Source: Pavona decussata (taxonomy: Eukaryota). Taken from it: a DNA stretch of 64,000 nucleotides. Positions 32,264 through 44,585 of this stretch are shown piece by piece. Location: positions 2,356,001-2,420,000 of the forward strand of contig CDRNST010000078.1 of the NCBI GenBank assembly GCA_977016875.1. Direction: 5' to 3'. Every line of letters begins with the position of its first letter. The first letter of the stretch is position 1. The position numbers were made by a program, and so were the translations under genes. A model generated the notes under the pieces. That model ran no database searches. It was given only the letters and a program-made list of their open reading frames with translations, and had not been told where the DNA came from.

Positions 32264-35161
32264 ATGGACCGAATCAAAAGAGTTAAACAAGTCATTCAAC
32301 TTGGAGCAGTTGTTGCCACTTTCCTTCTCACCACATGCCGTGTTGTCAAAGCCGTCGAGTTATTCAAAGAATGCTTAATTCTACTCAACGACAAAGCGCT
32401 AGAAAAAGCAGTTGAATTTGTCAGCCTGTTGAATAATTTCTTGTATTATAAACTTTTTATGGGTTACACTCTTACCAGTGATCACACAAGTGCTATAGAA
32501 TGCACCAGAACCGTTAATGTCTTACTCAGCAAAAGTGGTGAAAGAGGACAAGAAGGAGTAGTAAGCTTTCAACTTGCGCAGTTGTATGTGAGTCAAAGTG
32601 AATATGAAAGAGCGAAAGAGCTTTTCATGAAAGCACTTTGTATAACTATAGAAACTGGTGACATAAACGGAGAAGCATTATCTCACGAAAACTTAGGAGT
32701 TGTGCTCTCTACTGTTGGTGAATATGTCTAAGCTAAAGAACATTTTCAAAAAGCACTTAAGATTAGAAAGAAAATTGGCGACAATGAATGCGAAGCAGCA
32801 AATTACAACAACCTAGGAAGCGTGTTCCAATCGGTCGGTGAATATATAAAGGCTGAAAATTATATTCGGAAAGCACTTGCAATGAGTAAGCAAATTAGAC
32901 ACAAACATGGAGAGGCGACTTGTTACGGACAATTAGGACTTATCTTTTCATGTCTCGATGAGTATAGCAAAGCTGAAGAATACCATCACAAAGCGCTTGA
33001 AATCCGAAAAGGAATTGGAGACAAAAAAGGAGAAGCAGCAGATTACGGAAACTTAGGAAGTGTGTTTCAATCCGTCGGTGAATATGTCAAGGCTGAAGAA
33101 TATCACCAGAAAGCACATCAAATCCGAAAAGAAATCGGCGACAAACAAGGAGAAGCAATAGATTACGGAAACCTAGCACTTGTGTTTCAATCTATTGGCG
33201 AATATGTCAAGGCGGAAAAATATTACCAGAAAGCACTCCAGATCAGACAGGAAATTGGCGACAAACAAGGAGAAGCAGCAAATTACGGAACGTTAGGGAC
33301 TGTGTTTTGTTGCCTTGGTGATTATGTCAAGGCTGAAGAATATCTTCACAAGGCACTTAAAATCCGAAAAATGATTGGAGACAAACGAGGCGAAGCAGCA
33401 GATTATGGAAACCTAGGAAGTGTGGCTCCATTCGTCGGTGAATATATAAAAGCTCAGGAATATCATCAGAAAGCACTTCAAATCAGAATAAAAATTGGCG
33501 ACAGAAAAGGTGAAGCCTCATCTTACGAAAACCTAGGAGTTGTGTATTATCATGTCGGCGAATATTTCAAAGCTAAAAAATATCTTGAGGATTCTCTTGC
33601 TCTATTTTACGAGATTGGATGTCTGAATCTGCAGTCAAACATCCACTTCAAATTAGCAGTGAACAATTTGCAGTTAACTGGGAACATACAAGAAGTTATG
33701 TCTAGTCTCCTTGCCAGCATTAAAAAGTGCGAGGAAATGCGACTTCTTTTAAGAGACAATGATCATTTTAAGATATCTTTTTTAGAAAAGTACTTTTCTC
33801 CTTACAAATACCTCAGTGTATTGTTTTGTGCCACTGGAAACTTTAATGAAGCGCTTTACGTTCTAGAGCTTGGACGGTCCAGAGCCCTGGCAGACATAAT
33901 GTCAGCGCAGTACTCTGTGAGTCAAGAAATATCAGTGAACCCACAGTCATGGGTTGGTATTGAAAGGTTCATTACGAAAGAAAACAACTGTGTTTGCCTG
34001 TACATTTCCTATGACACTAACTTTTTATTTTTGTGGATCATTAAGCCAAACGAAATACTCTTCCGACGGAAAGACATCATTGATTGTTTTACAAACAAAG
34101 AAGAAGCAGTACTTGTGGATAAAGTTTTCCATGACATCATCTTCAGAAAGTTTCATGTTTTACCCTCTCAAGAGCACTGCGAAGATCGATCATTGTTTCC
34201 TTCGGACGCTAGTCTTCTAACACGTGAGTCATCTCAGGGAGATGGTCCCATAGCTTCCCGCCCTGTAGAGTTAGAAGACGACAACCAGTACCTTGAACCG
34301 CCTAATCTTTCTCAGTGTTACAACATGATTTTCGCGCCTGTGGCTGACTTACTTGACGAACCCGAAATCATCATTGTTCCTGATCGTGTCCTGTACAAAG
34401 TTCCATTTGCAGCGCTAAAGAATGAAAATGGGGAGTATTTGTCAGAGACTTTCAGGATCCGCATTGTGCCTTCTTTGACGACTCTCAAGCTCATTCAGGA
34501 CAGTCCATCAGATTATCACAGTCAGACCGCTGCACTGATAGTGGGTGAGCCTGGTGTCGGTGACGTGTTTCACAAAGGACGTCTTGAGAATTTATGTCCA
34601 TTGCCTTGTGCAAGAGAGGAAGCAGAGATGATTGGGCGACTACTGGGAGCTCAGCCTCTGTTAGGAGAGCACGCAACTAAGCAGGCAGTTCTTCAGAGAA
34701 TACATTCAGTAGGTCTGATACATTTCGCTGCCCATGGTGACGCTGAAAGAGGAGAAATCGCTCTTGCCCCTCCAGGTCATTTCAGTGGGGTTCCACAAGA
34801 AGAAGACTACCTGTTGACAATGGCTGAAATTTCACAAGTTCGTCTGACAGCCAAACTGGTAGTCCTTAGCTGCTGTCACAGTGCACGTGGACAGATAAGA
34901 TTCGAGGGAGTTGTTGGAATCGCTCGAGCCTTCTTAGGATCCGGCGCACGCTCCGTGTTGGTTTCCCTGTGGGCGCTAGAAGACAAAGCAACAAAGCACT
35001 TCATGATGTGTTTCTATGAGCACCTTGTTCGTGGGGAAAGTGCCAGTGAATCTCTTCACCAGGCCATGAAGTGGATGAGAGATAACGGCTTTTCAGACGT
35101 GAGGCAGTGGGCGCCTTTCATGCTGATGGGCGATGACGTGACATTTGACTTTGGAAAGTGA
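32264..35161 (+). pseudogene. TPR-CHAT (TTC28-like) caspase-family protease gene, single coding exon, interrupted by one in-frame TAA at 32729-32731
   Basis: ORFs 32264-32731 and 32822-35161 share a frame; about nine 40-aa TPR repeats; CHAT motifs IIIVPD, HFAAHG, LVVLSCC, AFLGSGA..VSLW, WAPF; candidate upstream donor GAG|GTAAGT at 30664 and acceptor TAG at 32243. Confidence 0.9.
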
Positions 35162-35933
35162 AGATCAGTAGACCAGGTTTATTTGGTATTATGGGCTTTA
35201 GACTGATTATTTTACCGCACATTGTTATGCTTACATATTCTCCTCAGCTGTTTGGAGTGCTAGAAGCCGAAGGCAATCCATTCATGTCTATTAACTCTCG
35301 CCGCTCTCCTAAACAAAAGGTGTGGGGCGTTTGGTCGCTAGGCAAACCTTTTGTCCCATGTCACCTGAGATACGTTCAATTGACAGGATTCTGGAATAAC
35401 AATGTATACAATGAAAATGACGTACGAACAAATGCTTACAGATACCTCTTCCAAAATTAAAACATCTTAATTGCCGTATATCTTACAGTTTATCAACAAT
35501 TGCAATGCTCTTGTTGAATACCCATACCCTATAACATCCTACCTGCCCAGAAATAATATTCTTATTTATATTTTTTTGGTTGCAGGTGGTTTTAGCAGGA
35601 CTGGAGGTTCGTAAGCAGGCACTTTCCGAAGTAGAACTTGCACAAACAAGCGAACTCAAGCATTAAGGGATATAGACTGTTCATGTTTGTACTCTTCCAT
35701 TGACTGTTGCTCCTACTAGCTGGGTCCTTTCTATTCTCACCAACATGCTTGGCGTACGTAACCTTCTTGTGAAACTCTGCAAATTAAGAACAAACCTCAT
35801 GACCGTTGGAACACGACAGAAGCGCATTGATATTACTGGTATTATATAAAGTTAACACAAAACAATCTCGTAAGAACAGTCTACGCGCTCTATGGCCAGC
35901 GGTTGGTCGACAGTAGAGATTCTGGGAAAGCGC

Positions 35934-36155
35934 CAATCTCGTACCCAGAGTCCTCTGGCTTGTTGGTGGGCACCAGTAGAGACTCTGGGTTACTGGAATT
36001 TATTACCGCAGGTTTTCTGCGGTAAACAATGGAAGCCGTTACGAGTCGTTACGGGACAGCCAATCAAAAAATTGAAATAAAATTCCAGTTCTCCAGAATC
36101 TCTACTGGCGAACACCCGCCGACCAAAAAGCCAGAGGACTCTGGGTACGATATTG
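35934..36155. mobile_element. MITE with 27-bp TIRs and 9-bp TSD (Mutator-like TSD length), nested in an older relative (35863-36191)
   Basis: CAATCTCGTACCCAGAGTCCTCTGGCT / AGCCAGAGGACTCTGGGTACGATATTG; TSD GGAAAGCGC at 35925-35933 and 36156-36164. Confidence 0.92.
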
Positions 36156-36739
36156 GGAAAGCGCTGGCTGAAGACCCTGAGGTACGAGATTAAGTTTTAG
36201 ATTATCCTGCGGCTCAATAGCTTTGACACTTACCCTGAGACACGCACAGGCTCTGTGAAAAGGATTGGAAACAAGTTATAAATTCCGAACAGGCGGCCAT
36301 TTAGATCTAGTATCACGTGACTTCTAGTTAAGGCTTCTCGCGATCACAATGTTCAGTGTTTTTTCGTTTATTTAGTTTTTAGTGACTCGACCTTGAAACC
36401 ATGATTTACCGGTAAATCAATATGTGATCAGAAACTTGCGAACGATGTGATTAGAACACAGCGAACCCGACGAGAACATTTCAGCAAAATACCGTAACAT
36501 GTCTTCTGTGTTCTCAAATTGTTCTGTGTCCTTTAAAGGTATATTTATTCATTAAACTAATTTAGTCTGACCTTTTCGGATGCTTAAACTGAAAATTTAA
36601 GTTGCAAAAAGTTTTAGGGAATAGAATTTTATTCCCCGAATCTGTTACGAGCTGCTGTCGACTTTACGAAAATCTAGTTGAGCTTTCACTCGCGTTCTTA
36701 ACGAAAAGTTTGCCCCTCCGAAAACATACAAAGATTTGA

Positions 36740-37125
36740 CAGGTGCACCCAACGACAGTTTTCTCTCAGATCCTTTGAAACGCTATTTAAGGCTATCTGG
36801 AGTGCCTTTAAGGCTCTGTAGGTTCATTTTACGCTGCGCTATAATATTTTTATCTGTTCGGTCATTCTAGGGGAACTTGAGTCTTTTCAAAATACTAGGG
36901 CATTTTTGTCCATTTCCCGAAAACCTTAGGTCTTATTTCCTTTCCGAAAATCTTAGCTGACCTTTTTTCGGTACCCGAAACGACATTTTTGTCAATCCGA
37001 AAACACTAGGCCTTAAATTTCCCATATCACGAAAGTTCGAAGTGAAAATTCCCTTCAGAGAATTGTAGGGGATTAAGGGCCTTCCGAACAGACAATTTAC
37101 CGAAACGATCCGTTGGGTACCCGTG
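36740..37125. mobile_element. Non-autonomous TIR element with 6-bp TSD
   Basis: CAGGTGCACCCAACG / CGTTGGGTACCCGTG; ATTTGA on both sides. Confidence 0.8.
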
Positions 37126-38930
37126 ATTTGAGCTGTCATTTTGCCGAAGAAAACTTGAGATTTTCTTAACAACTAAATCCGTAATTCTGAGCCGATTAAC
37201 TGAACAGAAATGAGTCATTGAGTTCCCCTGAGAAAACCACACTATATATCTACGCATTCTTGGAATATACTTTACTAAAACCAAACTATCACCTTACAAA
37301 GCAAATTGTAAAAACGGAGACGCTCTTACTAAATCACTGCCTTAGTATATTCTTGAGGCTAGCTAAAAATCTTGGCCAATCTGAGCCTTAACTTTCTTAT
37401 CTAAAAAAACAAGGAAAGATTCGTAAAAAAAATGGGTCTAGCAGAGATTAGAGAAGAAATTTATTTTTTGACAAAAGACAATATAAAAGATTTTACAAAA
37501 ACAAACTGGCGTGTGGAGAGCATGTGCTGCCCAAAGGCTTTAAGCCATAAATATTGGAGCCAGGCTGAGTGTTGATAAAATTGGATTAAGAGGTATCCTC
37601 CTACGAGCGCTACTTCACTGCAATTACGTTAATCATGTTAATGAATCAAAGAGGATTCCTACCCATATATCAGATGGTTATTTTGCACGGGCATGATACA
37701 ACACGTGTAAAGTTTTGTGGCTAGCAGAGTAATTAGATAAAGTATTAAAACAGTAATTTGCCTGGCGCGGTTTTATAAAGTCACTCACGTTTCACCCAAA
37801 TATCAGTTAATATGCGGTAATTTAGTGACCTCCTAAGAGACATTTTGACCCGACTAAGCCTGGCTTTGCGGTTTTTTACTGATATTGGAAATGTATTAGG
37901 TTATTACCATAAGATATTGCCCGCTTTCTGTTGTAGTTTAGTTCTAGAAATCGTTGCTACCCTAGAAATTGATTTTCCCCGTTTGACGTTGACAAACTGT
38001 TGCTGAATTCATTCGAGCATTTATTTTCTTGCATCTCGATCACAACAGGCCGTGATTGCGGTCGTCAAATTGCGAGTTTCAATGTGCTTTATTAGAAAAA
38101 TACGCTTGCAGGTAACTATTGAATCCATAGAGGCGAAAACCTAACATGTGGCGCTTTGAATCAAGGTTTCGGTTTGGCAGTTTGTCTGTTGCGATATATA
38201 TCTTCAGTATCTTGTAAATAAAACGTAATATTCTTTGTCAGATTTGATTGGACAACTTTGGGAGTGAAATAGTTAGAGAAGGTAGGACATACTCTTTTCA
38301 TTTTCTTAATCTGGCGTAAGTAGTAATTTCACATCTGCTCAGTAGTAATGGATTATTTACACTCGAACAATATCTCCTTCAGCCTGAGAATGATTGAATT
38401 TGTGTCAAAAGTATCTCACAATAGTCAGGAAAGTTAAGTAATGATCATACCTTATTTGAGGCAATGAATCAGTTCCCACTCAATAATGGTACCGAATCCT
38501 TTTAACAGTACAACGAAGAATATGGAGAAAAACATTAAGAACAGAAGCGAATTAACTTCCAACAAGATCATGTCATTTTCTTCCGCTTGTGAGACAACCC
38601 CCCTACACACTTTGGAAAGGTTTGCCCATATTTTTCGTCGTAGATTTTCATGACTATAAAATGAAGACAAGCGGGACTTGTTTTTTATTCAATCTTCTAA
38701 AAGAGGAGGATCATCAAGAAATTTGTGTAGGAGTGTTTCGAAACAATGAAAGTTATTGCCTCTTTGTGAGGTGTATCTAAATTGATCACGAATTACTGTC
38801 AAGCTCTCTTGTATTAGTAACCGACCAAAATGCCAAAGATTGTAAACTTCGAAACTGAATAATGAGTCCATAAACGCGTCAGAAAATAGGCCACTTATCT
38901 TAAAATCAGCACTTAGTATTCACTACGGTA

Positions 38931-39688
38931 GGAAGAAAGTCCCCTTCCTCGCCAATTTAAACTCGCATGATAATCCCAGCGAACGAAACGACAGTTAAAA
39001 ACTCTGACATAACAATATGAAAAGGTCAATGGTTATTGCATTCAGCCGTTAGAAAATTTTGCTACATATCCTAAAGTCCATTCCCTCGCCAATTTAAACT
39101 TTCATGATAATCCCAGCGGACGAAACGACAGTTAAAACTCTGACATAACAATATGAAATGCTTAATGGTTATTGCATTCAGCCGTTAGAAAATTTTGCTA
39201 CATATCCTAGGAAGATATAAAGTCCACTCCCTCGCCAATTTAAACTTGCATGATAATCCCAGCGAACGAAACGACAGTTAAAAATCTGACATAACAATAT
39301 GAAATGCCCAATGGTTATTGCATTCAGCGCTTATAAACTTTTGCTACATATCCCAGAAAGATATAAAGTCCACTTCTTCAGTTCGCCAATCTGAACTGCA
39401 TGATAATCCATGCTCCAGTTCTTTTTGAAATTCAGCGAACGAAATGACAGTTAAAAACTCTGACATAACAATATGAAATGCTCCATGGTTAATGCATTCA
39501 GCGCTTACAAGATTTGCTACATATCCCAAGAAGATATAAAGTCCACTTCTTCCCCAATTTAAACTGCATGATAATTCCGGGCAACTCCCTCCATGTGAAA
39601 TTCAGCGAAGGAAACGACAGTGAAAAACTACATGACAATACGAAATGGTCAATGGTTATTGCATTCGGCGCTTACAAAACTTTGGTAC
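38931..39688. repeat. Five-unit tandem repeat, 137-173 bp period
   Basis: AAAGTCC..CCAAT..CATGATAAT..CAGCG..GAAA..ACAG..ATGGTT..TGCATTC units start at 38936, 39073, 39219, 39365, 39538. Confidence 0.95.
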
Positions 39689-42600
39689 GTATTCGTGCAA
39701 GAAATGGTTATTAAACTTGTGACGTTTATATTTTAATTCGTGGTACAAATGTGAAAATGATTACCTTATAGTCGCTAATTTTCGTTGGAAGTTGCTCTCA
39801 CGAAATCGAATTAAACGTACTTTCACAAGACCAATGCTTCATTCTCGCGACCTCAGAATTTAAAAAAATAAGGTCTCAGCTCAGATTAGTTCTGGATTGT
39901 ATGTGGGTTTTGTTATCGAGTTTTTCTTAGTCACGAAAATCGAGAAAATTAGTATATAACAAGTAGAACTGAACGCATGCAGATGAAACAAGATTTTTTC
40001 ATATATAACTTCTTTTATTCCTCAGATAAGAAAACAAAGTTTCTTTGAAAGACACCGCTGAAATGGCTACAAGACTTCAAATCGCTGACGCTTTCGAAGG
40101 CGTATTTCTGATGTCTAAATTAATGAAATCGCGATCAGCTTACACAAGAAAAAGATACGCTTTAGATATACTAACAACAAAAAATGTTTCATCAAAGGCG
40201 CCAGTATTGCAATTAACAAATTTTTATTATTTGTCCGAGAGACATTGCATCAGGTTTGGAAACCCATTTAGAGCCTTGAATGACCTTAATTACCGCGGCA
40301 GGTGAACTCTGAGCCATTACCCCTCCCATTGTCATTGCACCATCTATTTCACTCGCTAGTTTAATTACTTAAGTACGTGAATATATGAAAAACACAGAAA
40401 GCGATATTGGCAAGCAAGATAAACCTTAAGGGATGTCTGCATTGAAAAACCAAGCGCATGTTATATTTAGTTTATGGGCGTTTTTTAAGTCGCAGTTTCT
40501 TACTTTATTTATCTATCTTAGATCCGACAATGTTGAATTAGTGTTGAAGTATTTTGTTCCTTTTATTTGATCTTTTTATTACGAAAATTTAGTCACTTGC
40601 GATGCCAGTGACAATCGCCGTTTTTAGTTGCCAGAAAAATAAAACACAGCGTGATATCAGTATTGAAGAGGTCTTCGAGCAGTAATTTTTCGCCTTGTGC
40701 TCATTGACGGATATAATGCTTAAAATCTTTTTCTTTTCTTTTCTTTTTTCCTCTTTGAATAAATATAATTTCCTGTGGTTGCCTGTAGGAAATAAATGAA
40801 ATTCTCCTCCAATGTCACAGAAGACAACGGGGGAGTTATACATTGTTAAAGCTTTTTACTCCATTTGATAACTTTTAATGAAAGAAAGTGAGGGAAAGTG
40901 AAACAAAATTCAATTAGCATAAACAAGATACCCAGGTGTTTAGCTCTTTGTCTACAAAAGCTAGCGACAAAGAATATAACAAAATTAAGGACATTTGAGT
41001 GGATAATTTTTCACTCGTCATATTAATTTCGCTCGCATTAGCTTTTCTTTAAAGTCTGCATCATTCAGTAACAACTCCTTTAACAAGAAAAAAAGGATAA
41101 TATTTAAAGATTTTTAGCACATCGTTCACCCTCCACTCATGGCGAGAAAGGCGTCTTATTCTTTTTTAAATTTCCCATAAACATATACAAAATATAGTTC
41201 CGGGCTTATCTATGTTTTTGATCAACATAAAAACTACTCTGCGATTTTCACATATTCAAGTTTGTTTGACAATTGTTTGTATATTTCGGAAAGGATGAAA
41301 GGAAATTAAATCATAGAGAATTATGGCTTTTGTAATCAAGGAGTTTGAGAAATTAATAAAAGTGAAGTGGTGCAGTAAATATCACTGTTGAAGCTGTCAC
41401 AGCTCTGTTGACTCAACAACCGGCTCCTCTTTGATTGAGCTCGCTTCTCGATAGCTAGCTTCTTTCGCCACAAAAAGAGTTAATTAATTTTCAAATTGAT
41501 GCTCGCTGAAGTTAGAAGGTTCGGTCTTAATTTTCATTTAGTGTAATAGAGCGCAAATACTGGCATTGATATGATTTGTGTGTTTAATTTATCCTTCACG
41601 TTCGCGGAATATATGAGACCAAAACAACAGCTATAGACACTGAAAAGCAATATGTGCGAATTATTCACGTCAATTTAATTTTCGTCTATTCCCCGGTTGC
41701 TTAAAATTATAGGTCTAACAAGAACATAGCCTAAACGACTAAATTTATCATAATAAATGATTATTGCTTTAAAATGAAAACAAATACTTTCTTAAAGTGC
41801 CAGAAAAACGCGAAGAAACATCCACGCATGCAATGCCAAAACGACGAAATTGGCGAAATTCAAGTCAGTACATGAAATTTTTTTACTAGCTATGAAAAAA
41901 AATCCGACACCTTCTATCTTCTAATTGTATTTTTCTGACTTTTTATTGTGGCAAACGAACTCGATTGACGTTCACTGCTACCATACACTACCTATCACAA
42001 GAATGACAAACGCGAACAAGGAATCTTGAATATATCTTCCGCCAATTGTATTTAGACTTCAAATCAAATGACTACGTCTTCGATTCCTTTTACTTCTGCG
42101 GCTTTGGGCGATCGACAGCTCTCAGCATCGAAGGCTTGTTTATAATTTCGTTTTGACGCCTTAGTCATTTTATGACCATATCTACAGCCAATCTGTCAGC
42201 AGAGTAATTTTCTTCCCCTATACGAATCTTTTGAGAGATCGACTTGCATATTTTTTTAGAGTATACTAACTTTCTATTGAAAACAATCGATTCTTCAGAC
42301 ATTTATCATAACGGAGCTAAAAGGGCCTCAATCTAAAAGCATTGAGTAATGTATTCATTCGCACCCAAATAAATTGATATGAGTAGAAAGCAACTGTTGT
42401 TTTTAAGCTAGGCCAAGACATGTAATGCAAAAAATATCACTTTTATAAGTTATTTTACATCGCGTTCGATTTTTGCATTAAGAGTGTTTCCTTCCATAAA
42501 TAGTTGTTTTAGGCGAATTAGAAAAAAACATGTCTCTCAAGGAAAAGAAAACACAAAACCATCGAATAATTCAAGAGATATTTTAATCGATATCTTTGTG

Positions 42601-43712
42601 GGGTGAAAAAGAAACCTTTTACTTCCGCGGCCTGTTTTGAGTTATCGCATTCTGTGTTTGCAAACGGTTAAGTTAAGCCCTCAATCGATCACATCTGAGA
42701 TAGGAAACTTGAATTATTGACTTTTTATTATTCAAAACTGTTCCTAAGGCAAAATGAACTTTCGCTCAAGGCCGTGTCTGAGATTTTAAACAATTTTCTA
42801 CGCCTTTTTTTGCCATGTTTTTTGGCTTTTCTATATTACTGGAAGGTAATTTTACCAAGATGAGTTTTTGTGTTTATTTACCTTAGGCGAGACATAATAA
42901 GACCATTTTATCTCCGAAGTGTATTGTAAACAAAACTGCTCTTAGCAAAATGAAAATCAAACAAGAATTGATATCACTGTTTAACAAATGGTTACTATAT
43001 TTCCCCCCAGTAATTGTGCTATTGAAATAGTCTTCCCGATTTTTTGCCTAATTTCCGTCCATCTCGACGTGACGTTAAGGCTTTTAAGTTGACTTCCAAA
43101 GGCCTTATCTGATATTGGGAATAATAATAAATGGCTTGCGACATCTGTGAATAATTTGAAATAGATTTGGACTCGCCTTATAAAATTTGTTTGCGTTAAT
43201 TTGACACCAATTCGAAAATTCTCAACAAGTATGGGGCAATGAGCGCGATAAATTTCGGAAGATTTGATTAAAATTCCATGTTTTCCTTCCAAAGAAACAA
43301 CAGTGAGTAATGAAATCTTGCTCTTATAGCTTACTGATAAACAGTGTCGTTCATATCCTGTTTAAGTTTACCGACCAAAGAGAAAGTTTTTATACGAGCT
43401 AATTACAAAGAACACCACCTTAATGAGGTAATTATTACATAGGATGTAGCAGAATAAACCTTTTTGATGGTAATGCGTGAATAAATCACCGATAGCCTTA
43501 GGGAGAGCAGTTGGTATAAGCGGTCAAATACCAGGTGGGTGGTCCCCATGTACTTTGACTTATTCAAACAACGTTTGCCGACTGAAAACACATCATTCCT
43601 TCGCCACCTTTCACAGAGTAAACCCACTTGGCGTCGATTTTTTTCCGTGTAGAATATCATTCGTGCAGAGCATCACTGCGTGGCTGCATTTGAAAGGTTT
43701 ACTCGGGGTAAA

Positions 43713-44585
43713 ATGGCTTTCCAAGTGGACGAGAAAATACGCACGCACGGCGAGGAGAAATCATCAGAGTTTGAAAGTTTTGAAGCAAGTAAAAGCGACG
43801 ACGACGACGACGTCTTCACGGGAAAAAAGCCAGAGGAAGAAGATGTGGATGAAGATCTAAGCGAAGGAGTTCAAACTCCAACCAATGAAAGTACACGAAG
43901 GCAATCTTCTGTGTCTAAGCCACCATATTCGTACATCGCACTTATCACAATGGCTATACTCCAATCACCGCAGAGAAAACTCACTCTAAGCGAGATCTGC
44001 GACTTCATCAAGCGTCGTTTTCCGTATTATCGCGAGAAGTTCCCCTCGTGGCAGAATTCTATCAGACATAACCTCTCGCTAAATGACTGTTTCATGAAGA
44101 TGCCGCGAGAGCCGGGCAACCCCGGGAAAGGGAACTACTGGACGCTAGACCCTGCCAGCGAAGGCATGTTTGACAACGGCAGTTTTCTAAGACGGAGGAA
44201 AAGATTTAAGCGTCCCCGTCCCCCAGAGGGCTCTGTCGGTGCGTTTGGATTTCAGTACTATTGGAACTGCGTCAACTCACACGCATGGCGTCCACCACTA
44301 TATTCACATCTCCCGGTCCCCAGCTATCTAGCGTGCCTGCCACCACCTTTGCCCAGAGCTAGCGAGCCTGTGCGTGAACGAGAAAGGCCTGTTAAATTCT
44401 CAATAGCGAGCATCATAGGCTCCGATGGCGACGAGGAATTTTCACCACCACCCAGCAAAGGAAGCCCGTCTCTGGCCTGTTGTTCGGGGATTCGTTCGTC
44501 GTACAGCAACTCTGCTCTCAGACCGTGTATCGTCTCGCCGAGTTCATATTGCGCATACTGCAATCAACTGGGTTCAAAGCGGTAA
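43713..44585 (+). CDS. FoxD: Forkhead box D transcription factor, intronless, 290 aa
   Basis: Acidic N-terminus; [87 protein letters not shown]; eh1 motif FSIASII; first in-frame ATG at 43713. Confidence 0.93.
   Translation: MAFQVDEKIRTHGEEKSSEFESFEASKSDDDDDVFTGKKPEEEDVDEDLSEGVQTPTNESTRRQSSVSKPPYSYIALITMAILQSPQRKLTLSEICDFIKRRFPYYREKFPSWQNSIRHNLSLNDCFMKMPREPGNPGKGNYWTLDPASEGMFDNGSFLRRRKRFKRPRPPEGSVGAFGFQYYWNCVNSHAWRPPLYSHLPVPSYLACLPPPLPRASEPVRERERPVKFSIASIIGSDGDEEFSPPPSKGSPSLACCSGIRSSYSNSALRPCIVSPSSYCAYCNQLGSKR

Noticed and set aside
38931-39688. Possible CRISPR array or tandem hammerhead (GAAACGAC..CTGACAT)
   Set aside because: Whole units are homologous with no unique spacers and there are no cas genes; the CUGANGA core and NUH site are not satisfied.
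43680-43712. GTG start for FoxD given by the ORF track
   Set aside because: Eukaryotic gene; the in-frame AAAATGG at 43713 is the better start.
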